Shown here: positions 43,165 through 51,108 of the stretch, in pieces
How positions within the stretch are numbered: the stretch's first letter is position 1
How the letters are laid out: each line of letters opens with the position of its first letter
Assembly (NCBI GenBank): GCA_963722075.1
Contig: CAVRJM010000001.1
Coordinates: forward strand, 992,001-1,056,000
Source of the DNA: Candidatus Babeliales bacterium
GTDB lineage: Bacteria > Babelota > Babeliae > Babelales > JANWKD01
DNA length: 64,000 nucleotides
Direction: 5' to 3'
Notes under the pieces: generated by a model
Databases searched by the model: none
Told to the model about the DNA's origin: nothing
What the model saw: the letters and a program-made list of their open reading frames with translations, nothing else
Position numbers and translations under genes: made by a program

Positions 43165-43562
43165 TGGACATTTATTTTTTATCACTTCAAGAAGTCATTT
43201 TTTTGCACAAAAAAATTATGGAACGTTATGGAAATGGCTCTATGCTTATCAGAGATTTATCCCTTTTAGAATCAGCGGTTGCCCAACCTCAAGCAACCGC
43301 ATTTGGCAATTATCTTCATAATGATTTATTTGAAATGGCATCTGCGTATGCTTTTCATATTATTAAAAATCATCCTTTTATCGATGGCAATAAACGAACA
43401 GGATTACTTATTGCATTAACGTTTCTAATGCGCAATGGAGTAGAAATAACCACATCATCTAAAGATTTATATGATTTTGCTCTTGATATTGCATCTTCAA
43501 AAATAAACAAAGAAGAAATCGCTAGTTTCTTTAATAAACATTCAAAACTTATTGGTAATTAA
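43164..43562 (+). CDS. doc: Death-on-curing (Doc/Fic) toxin
   Basis: IRDL.LLESA..QP; HPFIDGNKR. Confidence 0.92.
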   Translation: MDIYFLSLQEVIFLHKKIMERYGNGSMLIRDLSLLESAVAQPQATAFGNYLHNDLFEMASAYAFHIIKNHPFIDGNKRTGLLIALTFLMRNGVEITTSSKDLYDFALDIASSKINKEEIASFFNKHSKLIGN

Positions 43563-43575
43563 TTCATTTTCTCTA

Positions 43576-43644
43576 ATTCATATAAACAGGGATTACTATA
43601 TCTACTTGCGTGAATAGGTATACATGGTAATTTCCGCAGCTTAA
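43576..43644 (+). repeat. Palindromic direct repeat, right copy flanking the TA module
   Basis: attcatataaacag.gattactatatctac..gtatacatggtaatttccgcagcttaa. Confidence 0.75.
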
Positions 43645-43661
43645 CCCTCTTGATGCCCCAT

Positions 43662-43692
43662 GTCATTGCGAGCTCGCGAAGCAATCCATTAA
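43662..43692. repeat. REP/RPE-like unit
   Basis: gtcattgcgagctcgcgaagcaatccattaa. Confidence 0.8.
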
Positions 43693-43884
43693 TAAATAAA
43701 AGTCCGAATACCTTACTTGCAAAATTAAAATTTTAATTTTATAAAATGGATCCTTCACAGTCGTTTATAATAGTATATACAACTGAATCTTCTGGAAACT
43801 GTTTACTCAAAAAAGGCCTTTTTGCTAATATAACAATAGATAGAATCTTATCTTTTTTATAATTTTATTCAAAACGGGGGTATT

Positions 43885-44202
43885 ATGAAGTTAAATAAAT
43901 TGTTTTTTTTCTTAATCCTTATTGTTAGCGGTAATCATATCAAAGCAATGGAGTACTCAGCAGGCTGGGGTAAATACAGAGATTACGCTAAAGAAGAATA
44001 TGAAGGATGGAAAAACAAAGTAACTGATTTAGAAAATAATAAGAATAAAATATTAATTGATATAATGAGCCAAAAACCTACCATGACATATGAGGAGGCC
44101 CAGCAACATTATATAGAAGCATTAAGAGAAGCCAAAGAAAAACGCAAAAATGCATGGGATGAGTATAAATCCAACGAATGGAGTGGTTCTAGATTCGAGT
44201 AA
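43885..44202 (+). CDS. Small secreted helical hypothetical protein
   Basis: Signal peptide IKA-MEY. Confidence 0.7.
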   Translation: MKLNKLFFFLILIVSGNHIKAMEYSAGWGKYRDYAKEEYEGWKNKVTDLENNKNKILIDIMSQKPTMTYEEAQQHYIEALREAKEKRKNAWDEYKSNEWSGSRFE

Positions 44203-44534
44203 GCAACTTCAGTACCACTTAAGAATCAAGCAATCTAGATCACACCAATAAAATCAAATCATTTTTGAGCAAAACCATTGAACGGTCTGCAGCACATCTT
44301 CTGATATGCGAGGACCGTTCTTTTTGCAGTCACGAGATTAAATAAGAAGTGGCCACTATAGTGCATGATTCTCATAGCTGTTTACTTTGCCATAGGCTGA
44401 AGAACGACGTCTGGATGCCAAGCCGGAATGTGCGTGGATAAGCGAAATGGCCTTTTGAATTGAAAATATTGGGCATGCAATATTTTCATGCCTGGCCGGT
44501 ATTAGGCCAATAGAAAAAGGATTAGATTTTATTA

Positions 44535-44562
44535 CTGGATTGCTTCGCAAGCTCGCAACGAC
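44535..44562. repeat. REP-like arm; degenerate partner near 44223-44238
   Basis: ctggattgcttcgcaagctcgcaacgac. Confidence 0.8.
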
Positions 44563-44609
44563 AGGTTTTTAATTAATTAATGGATTCTATCAGATGATGT
44601 TCAAAACAA

Positions 44610-44663
44610 CCATTTCTCATTAAATTCTTCTTTAATATCCATTTCGAACCTGTAATGGCATAA
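44610..44663 (+). pseudogene. 3' remnant of a third paralog of 44856..45296
   Basis: FFFNIHFEPVMA* versus LYFEIQFEPVIP*; the downstream intergenic sequence is also homologous. Confidence 0.6.
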
Positions 44664-44689
44664 AAAATTAAAAGATATTTTAAAAACTA

Positions 44690-44719
44690 TTGAATTTAAC
44701 ATGTCTTTTCTATTAGAAT
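44690..44719 (+). promoter_or_regulatory. Putative sigma70 promoter (duplicated at 45323-45353)
   Basis: TTGAAT-N18-TAGAAT just upstream of the RNA motif. Confidence 0.5.
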
Positions 44720-44726
44720 AAGAATT

Positions 44727-44820
44727 AGAAGTCGGGAGAGGTAGTTTGAAGCTTGTCTCAGTAATAACGAAAGAAATTGTTGAGAATATAGGATTAAACC
44801 TATGAATCCCCGACTTTTTT
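44727..44820 (+). ncRNA. Unidentified structured RNA motif, copy 1
   Basis: P1 aagtcggg/cccgactt, P2 tctcagtaat/attgttgaga around cGAAAg, P3 tatagg/cctatg, then a T-run. Confidence 0.7.
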
Positions 44821-44855
44821 AATTAAAAAACCCTTAAAAAATAGGTTTTTTTATA

Positions 44856-45296
44856 ATGAAAAAAAGTTCATTATTTCTTTTTATCATATTATTACCAACA
44901 TTTCTTTGTGCAAAACGAATGGTCTATTTCAAAAATGATACCAATTTTCCTGCAGATAACTTTTTATTTATCTTTGTATGGCACAGTCCAGATGCCACGC
45001 AAGAAGAGCGTGATAAAGCGCATCATCAATTAGGCTTTATGCATTATTTTAAAGGATTTCCCAATCATATAGACCTTGATTCCCTAGTAGATACACATAC
45101 CAATAAACCAGTACAACCAGGTTATATTGTAGATCTTTTTATTAAAACCACCATTCCTTCAGGGTTAGAAACCAGAACATATCCTCCTCATAGAAAGTTT
45201 TATAAAGGAGAATTACGGCGTATTAAGCCACTAACCTATTCAGTAAAAGCATCTGATCTATATTTTGAGATTCAATTTGAACCTGTAATACCATAG
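44856..45296 (+). CDS. Secreted hypothetical protein, paralog of 45488
   Basis: Signal peptide; R.V.F.N.TN, DLD.L.D..T.K...G and TT.PS.L shared. Confidence 0.75.
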   Translation: MKKSSLFLFIILLPTFLCAKRMVYFKNDTNFPADNFLFIFVWHSPDATQEERDKAHHQLGFMHYFKGFPNHIDLDSLVDTHTNKPVQPGYIVDLFIKTTIPSGLETRTYPPHRKFYKGELRRIKPLTYSVKASDLYFEIQFEPVIP

Positions 45297-45360
45297 CAAT
45301 TTAAAAATATTATTAAAAACCATTGAATTTAGCACTATCTTTTCTATTAGAATTATAAGT

Positions 45361-45453
45361 AGAAGTCGGAAGAGGTAGTTTGAAGCTTGCCTAAATACAG
45401 ACGAAAGAATTTATTTAGGACAGAGGATTAAAAGCCTGTGAATCTCCGACTTT
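45361..45453 (+). ncRNA. Unidentified structured RNA motif, copy 2
   Basis: P1 aagtcgga/tccgactt, P2 cctaaata/tatttagg, P3 cagagg/cctgtg; compensatory changes relative to copy 1. Confidence 0.7.
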
Positions 45454-45487
45454 ATATTTTTGTATTAATATATAAAAAGGGTGTGTT

Positions 45488-46015
45488 ATGAAAAATAAAA
45501 TAGGATTATTGGTTTTGCTGTTTATTTCATTGCCAGCAGCTGGTACTCGTATTGTTAAATTTCAAAATAACACTAATTATACTGATAAAATATTTTCTTA
45601 TTTTGCATTTTCATTTTACAAGCCGGAGAATATAAAACCCGGTACTACTATAAATCCAGATTACTCTGCAATAGAATATGGTTTTGTAAAGCGGGTTGAT
45701 TTAGATAATCTAAAAGATGATAAAACCAAGAAAGCAATTCCAGCAGGTCTTTCTGCCGATGTAAGGGTAGTAACGACACAACCTTCTAACCTTCCTCCAG
45801 AAGGTATTCCCCCCCAACCAATACCTTTAACCGGATCTCAAACTAATTTGGCACCTGGTACTTATACTATATATGAATCAAGCGATGCCATCCACTTTAG
45901 GCTGATTACTCCAACAGCACCTGCAGCTAGCACGCTCACCATCAGCAGCAAAATAAGTTATTTTGATTCTAATAACGATATAATTTCTTTATCAAGTGCT
46001 ATTTTTTCTTCATAA
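45488..46015 (+). CDS. Secreted hypothetical protein, paralog of 44856
   Basis: Signal peptide and shared motifs; 3' end overlaps the converging ankyrin ORF, possibly through a late frameshift. Confidence 0.7.
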   Translation: MKNKIGLLVLLFISLPAAGTRIVKFQNNTNYTDKIFSYFAFSFYKPENIKPGTTINPDYSAIEYGFVKRVDLDNLKDDKTKKAIPAGLSADVRVVTTQPSNLPPEGIPPQPIPLTGSQTNLAPGTYTIYESSDAIHFRLITPTAPAASTLTISSKISYFDSNNDIISLSSAIFSS

Positions 46016-47505
46016 TTATTTTTTATATCTATTTGCAATTGTGATTGAGCCGCTTGAAGTGCCGTATGAATATTTTGATCATATGCGTCGAATGGAACAT
46101 TTAGATTAGGATCAGCACCATTCATTAGTAGAAAATCTACTAATGATATATTCCTTATTTCAATGGCATAAAATAATAAGCTGCCATATCCACGATCATT
46201 TGGACTCTTAAAAAGAGTATTAGGATTAAGTCCTTTTTGAACTGCTTTTTTAATAAAGTTAATAATATTTGTATTTTCAGAAGTAAAACCAACAAGTCTC
46301 ATTCGAATAAAATATGGCTCATTTGAATTTTTTATGGGTGGCAAAGATGGATTAGCGCCATGATCTAATAGTTCAATTGCTATATCATATTGTGCGGTCT
46401 TATATCGTGATCCCTTTAGCGCTATATATAAAAGAGTTTCATCAGCTACATACGTATTAGGATTTAATCCATGGTCAAGAAGAGCTTTTGCCAATGAAAA
46501 ATTGTTACCAAAAATCTCTATTAAAAGATGCTCATGTTGCATAAAAAAGGCGATTCCATTTGCATCTTCAAAAATGGCCAATCCAAGTTCAAAAGCATTT
46601 TCTTTCATTATGTTCATTAAAATTGCGATGATAATTTCATCATTAAATACTTTTAAAGATATCCCATCATCTAATAGGCTTATTGCTGCTTCTTGCCATT
46701 TTGTTACATTTTCTTTATTCAAAAAAATCATTAATATTCCTCTCCCTCTGAGCGGATGGTAATAATAAATGCGTGTTACCATTATATTTAAGTGATTAAT
46801 AAATTCGTTTAATTTGAACAAATTACCACACTTTTTTAGCTAAACGGAATCCACTTTACCACATCAGACGAAGTAATGGCGCGCACTATTTTTTTTCGAA
46901 CATCGGGAAAAATATCTAATTAATACGAATTTCTTATTTCCTTTAGTGAATGCAAATCGGTACAATGTTTTAATGGTCGCTACTAATTCATCTTGCGTAT
47001 TAATTGAATCAGGTATCAATTCTAAAACCATCATAAGCTTTATTTCATTAGGCATTTCTAAAAATTTTTGGGTGCTTTCCTCCGTAGGCGTCTTTTTAAG
47101 TCTTTTTTTAAATCTTTTTTCAGCTTTTGCTTTTTCTTCTCGTTCGGCAGCTACTTGTGCTGCAATTAACTTAAATTGTTCCATTTCTTTACTTGGCTGT
47201 CCCTCAACTTCTTCAGGTAATTCCTCCCGCTCTTTTTCTTTTTCTCTAACAGATGGAGATTTTAGTTTTTTGCCTTTTTTTTCTACTTTTTTTGCTAATT
47301 GTACAAGCCTTTGCTGAGTTAATTCATATTCCATTTGTTTTTGTTGCTCAAGCATAGATTCTTGCGTTCTTTGTGGCTTGCCTGGTCTTTTTAAATTATT
47401 CTCTAAATCTGCTAATTTTTCTTTTAACGTTATAAGCTGATCCAGCTGCGCATACGTCATTCCATACAAAAATAACAGACAACTAATGATATATATTTTT
47501 TTCAT
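45958..47505 (-). pseudogene. Frameshifted secreted F-box-like plus ankyrin protein (ORFs 46864..47505 and 45958..46821)
   Basis: Signal peptide, coiled coil, FLEMPNEIKLMMV; ankyrin repeats LLDHG.NP, LLMNGADPN; broken frames at 46820-46920. Confidence 0.6.
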
Positions 47506-47662
47506 ACTGCGTTTCCTTTTTTATATAATTATTACCATCCATATCATAATAGAAGGGATGAATAGAATCGTTAAATAAAAAATGCATCTCTTGCTTTTTG
47601 TAATCTTAGTAATGCACTATGAATTTATAAACTCTGTAAACAATGTAAAAAGGAGATACCAT

Positions 47663-48412
47663 ATGAGAATCATTGCATTCTTAAATCAAAAAGGCGGTGT
47701 AGGAAAAACAACTACTACTGCTAATGTAGGAGCAGGGCTTGCCCAACTTAAAAAAAAAGTTTTGCTTATTGATCTAGATGCGCAGGCAAGCCTTACCCAT
47801 TCGTTTGGCATTGAGCCGCATGAACTTTCGGTAACGATACATGATTTTTTAAAAAAGAAATGTCTTTTTGAAGAAGCGGCATTACAAAAAAATAATATCG
47901 CCATTATTCCTGCGTCTATTAGCCTTTCAGCTTTTGAAAAAGAATGTTCCCAACTACTTGATAAAGAATTCATTATCAAAAAAGCATTAAAATCTATTAC
48001 TAAATTTGATTATATATTATTAGATTGCCCACCCAGCCTTGGATTATTAACCATTAATGCTTTGGCTGCAGCACAAGAAGTAATTATTCCCGTACAAACT
48101 GAGTTTTTAGCGCTGCAAGGATTGAGTCAACTCCTTGATACCATTGCGGTAATACAGCACAAAATAAATCCGAAATTACAAATCAGCGGTATTTTAGGAA
48201 CGCGCTTTAATCGAAGAAAAATGCATCACGATGTTGTAGAGTTTTTGCAAATTCATTTTAGAGAAAAAGTTTTTAATACCGTTATTCGAGAAAATATTGC
48301 ATTAGCTGAAGCACCTAGTTTTGGTAAAACCATTTACGAGCATAATCAATATTCTAATGGCGCAAAAGATTATAAAACATTATGTAAAGAAATTATTAAA
48401 CAAGAAAGATGA
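47663..48412 (+). CDS. parA: ParA/Soj-family ATPase
   Basis: NQKGGVGKTT, LIDLDAQ, DCPPSLG, LAEAPSFG; RBS aggag. Confidence 0.93.
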   Translation: MRIIAFLNQKGGVGKTTTTANVGAGLAQLKKKVLLIDLDAQASLTHSFGIEPHELSVTIHDFLKKKCLFEEAALQKNNIAIIPASISLSAFEKECSQLLDKEFIIKKALKSITKFDYILLDCPPSLGLLTINALAAAQEVIIPVQTEFLALQGLSQLLDTIAVIQHKINPKLQISGILGTRFNRRKMHHDVVEFLQIHFREKVFNTVIRENIALAEAPSFGKTIYEHNQYSNGAKDYKTLCKEIIKQER

Positions 48413-48424
48413 CTTTTATGATGT

Positions 48425-48510
48425 TATTAATGGATCACCACGTCGCATTCGCTCCTCGTGATGACGTATCCTTATGTCATTCCGAGCGTAGCGTGGGAAT
48501 TCATTCATAA
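48425..48510. repeat. REP/RPE-like doublet between parA and its partner
   Basis: tattaatggatcaccacgtcg..ctcctcgtgatgacg ... gtcattccgagcgtagcgtgggaat. Confidence 0.8.
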
Positions 48511-48554
48511 AATAAAAATCAAAATTATAATCGTGATCACAAAAAGGATATCTT

Positions 48555-48854
48555 ATGAAAAAAGGATTAGGAAGCATCCCAAAAGGACTTGCTTGGATTA
48601 CTAATAGTGAATCAAAAAATAAAAATGCAACTTCAAAAAATATCAAACCGGTTGAGCCGGTTAAAACATCACAACAAGGGCTTCCCAATGGATGGACACG
48701 CGCAACGTTTATTATTCAAGAAGAACATGCCTCAAAATTAAAAGCCCTTGCCTATTGGGATCGGTTAACCGTAAAAGAATTAATGGATGAAGCATTAACT
48801 AATTTTTTAAAAAAGAAGCGAATTAAGGCGATACCAAAAGGAAAAGTGTCATAA
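48555..48854 (+). CDS. Small ribbon-helix-helix-like ParA partner
   Basis: Flexible N-terminus, then WTRATFII...LKALAYWDR..KELMDEAL. Confidence 0.6.
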   Translation: MKKGLGSIPKGLAWITNSESKNKNATSKNIKPVEPVKTSQQGLPNGWTRATFIIQEEHASKLKALAYWDRLTVKELMDEALTNFLKKKRIKAIPKGKVS

Positions 48855-48855
48855 A

Positions 48856-48883
48856 TGGATCACCACGTAAACTCGTGATGACG
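48856..48883. repeat. REP/RPE-like unit
   Basis: tggatcaccacgtaaactcgtgatgacg. Confidence 0.75.
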
Positions 48884-48974
48884 TTCATGTTTTCATTTAA
48901 TAAAATCGCGCTATAATAAGGCGTACAGTGTCGTGTTCCTTAAGCATTACATACAACATTGTTAAGGAGAACAT

Positions 48975-49334
48975 ATGAAAAAACTCACCTTATTAACACT
49001 CAGCTTACTTACTTCAGCTGCATATGCAGATGTATTAGTTAAAATGACCTACACAAAAGATGGTCATGAAATGTCAACTGAATTTGTTCATATAGCATCT
49101 GAAAATCCAATGGCTCTTTTTCAATTTGGGGAATCAGTTGGCGATCAAACAATAATTGATCAAACATTCAAAGTAGTGCTTAAAGAAGAAAATCCTAACG
49201 TTGAACTGGAAATATATTCAGTGACCGCAGAAGGTGAATCATTAGTTATGCAACCAGTTATAAGTAATGGCGGCTCGATTACCCTCGGAAATGGCGATGA
49301 AGTAGTTACCGTATCAGTAAAGCCAATTGAATAA
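48975..49334 (+). CDS. Small secreted beta-rich hypothetical protein
   Basis: RBS aaggag; signal peptide AYA-DV; TATAAT at 48912-48917. Confidence 0.8.
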   Translation: MKKLTLLTLSLLTSAAYADVLVKMTYTKDGHEMSTEFVHIASENPMALFQFGESVGDQTIIDQTFKVVLKEENPNVELEIYSVTAEGESLVMQPVISNGGSITLGNGDEVVTVSVKPIE

Positions 49335-49381
49335 ATAAATTAGTAAATAGATAATTAATGTATGTTTAAGGAACGCGGCAC

Positions 49382-50893
49382 TTAATAAGAAATCCCCACC
49401 TTACCCCATACACCCCAATTTGATAACGCAGAGCTATATTGCGAAGCTTCTATGAATGCACCCACACCAGCCAACACTGCAAATGATTCAGTTGCGTATA
49501 TATAACCCACTGAAATATGTCCGCGATGTGCCAACGCACCACGCGCTGCTCCTGAATCAATATCAAGATCTTCTACGCGAATTGGAACAAAAATCTGCTC
49601 GCCTCTGAAATTAACATCATTAGGAGCTTGTTCTTGAATGGTACTGCGACTTGCCGTAGCTGGTATTGCACTGGTGGTTGATAAGAATCCAACACCTGCG
49701 ATGCCAAAGTCAGCAGGAAAACAATCGGCAAATTTAAGTTGTTCACGTCCACGAGCCCATAACCCATAGCCAACTTCTACTTGTACGTTTGATAGCTCCC
49801 AATCAAAACCAGTATATAAATCAAGCATATTATATGGCCGTGCTCGTACTCGACGCGTTAAAATATTCATCGCTGGAATATTCAACCCACCCTCTTTATT
49901 ATTAAGCAATAAATAACGGCTCCACGGGCGATCGATTAAATCAAAAGTACGCTTTTGATGGTTTCTAAAAAAATAGATGTTTTCAAAATAAGCAAAAAAT
50001 GAAAAAAGTTGGCATTCAGGATCACATAATAATGGGAGTTTAAACGTGACGCCACTGCCAAAACCAAAATGACCATTATTACCAAGAAATGGATTAAAGA
50101 CAAATTCCTGATTCGCTGAACCACGCAACGGAATCACCAGCATTGAGTACATACCAATTTGAAAATAATCACGATTTAATAAATTGGTTCCTAATTTGAA
50201 ATCAACTTCAGCGAGTCCATTTTTTTTCTTTTTGCCATCAAACTTTTGAAAAAGATAGGCGGGGTTTGATAATGCTTCAAGCGCATCAGTAGGAAACGTG
50301 GTACCCGGATTAATCGGCGGCGTTTGAGTAGGGGTTACCTTATTTTCTATCATCTGATAAGGAAGTGCCACGCCAACCCAAAAACTATCTAAGCATTCAT
50401 ACCCAAAGCAATTACCAAGTGGCATCATTGCCTCAATCCATAAACCAAATTGTTTTTGCCGTGGGTGCACCGAAAACGTGCCCGCAAAATTGCTTGGTAA
50501 TCCCAACCATTCAGCGCGTACATCACGGCTATAGGGATTATTTGCAACAACCGCATCGCCTTTTATTAAAAGATTATGTTGATCATTAAATAAAAAATAA
50601 TGTGCTAAATCACGATCATGAGCTGATTGCTGGTATATTGGAATAATTTGTAATGCTAAGGATTGACACGTATTAAAAACAAACTCTTGCCAGAGCGGTT
50701 TTTGTGCGCCAATATTGCGGTAAACGGGACGCGACCAGAAGAAAGTACGGTCAGTTAGACAACTTACATGGCAATAACCAAATACTTCATTACACATCAC
50801 ATTTACGCGATCCGGAACAGCAGAGTAGTTATTAAAATCAATGCTGTATAAAGGCATTACCACCATGCAGACAAGCAATAAAATTTTTTTCAT
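49382..50893 (-). CDS. Putative outer-membrane beta-barrel protein, distant paralog of 18962
   Basis: RTFDL..RPWSRYLL, WAR..E.LK, C-terminal WGVWGKVGISY. Confidence 0.75.
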   Translation of the reverse strand: MKKILLLVCMVVMPLYSIDFNNYSAVPDRVNVMCNEVFGYCHVSCLTDRTFFWSRPVYRNIGAQKPLWQEFVFNTCQSLALQIIPIYQQSAHDRDLAHYFLFNDQHNLLIKGDAVVANNPYSRDVRAEWLGLPSNFAGTFSVHPRQKQFGLWIEAMMPLGNCFGYECLDSFWVGVALPYQMIENKVTPTQTPPINPGTTFPTDALEALSNPAYLFQKFDGKKKKNGLAEVDFKLGTNLLNRDYFQIGMYSMLVIPLRGSANQEFVFNPFLGNNGHFGFGSGVTFKLPLLCDPECQLFSFFAYFENIYFFRNHQKRTFDLIDRPWSRYLLLNNKEGGLNIPAMNILTRRVRARPYNMLDLYTGFDWELSNVQVEVGYGLWARGREQLKFADCFPADFGIAGVGFLSTTSAIPATASRSTIQEQAPNDVNFRGEQIFVPIRVEDLDIDSGAARGALAHRGHISVGYIYATESFAVLAGVGAFIEASQYSSALSNWGVWGKVGISY

Positions 50894-51049
50894 TCTTGTG
50901 TTTCCTTTTTTGGTATCTTTCATAGGATAGGATAGCTACGTAAGAAAAACAAGGTACCTTTTTTTAATAAAATCTTGCAAATGATTTTCTTATTATTTTA
51001 GTATTGGGTTCATGAAATAGATAAATCGGAATGACAATTTGCTACCTAT

Positions 51050-51085
51050 CGTCATCCCGAGGAACAAAGTGACGTGGGGATCTAG
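51050..51085. repeat. REP/RPE-like unit upstream of 51109
   Basis: cgtcatcccgaggaacaaagtgacgtggggatctag; absent at the matching position of the 52.8-kb duplicate. Confidence 0.8.
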
Positions 51086-51108
51086 TCCTTATAAAACGGA
51101 GAAAAAAT

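Noticed and set aside
42735..43644. Integron attC or pdif cassette
   Set aside because: No RYYYAAC/GTTRRRY boxes, no 28-bp XerC/D consensus and no integrase in the window
44240..44535. tmRNA, RNase P, SRP or group II intron end
   Set aside because: None of their signature motifs were found on either strand
44727..44820. tRNA, hammerhead, or glycine/lysine/yybP riboswitch
   Set aside because: No TTC T-loop, 7-nt anticodon loop or CCA; no CUGAnGA core; only 5-7 nt resemblances to known riboswitch starts
48416..48688. 90-aa minus-strand ORF; likewise 44356..44550 and 51042..51338
   Set aside because: Built from REP sequence and/or the antisense of real genes, with no independent coding signal
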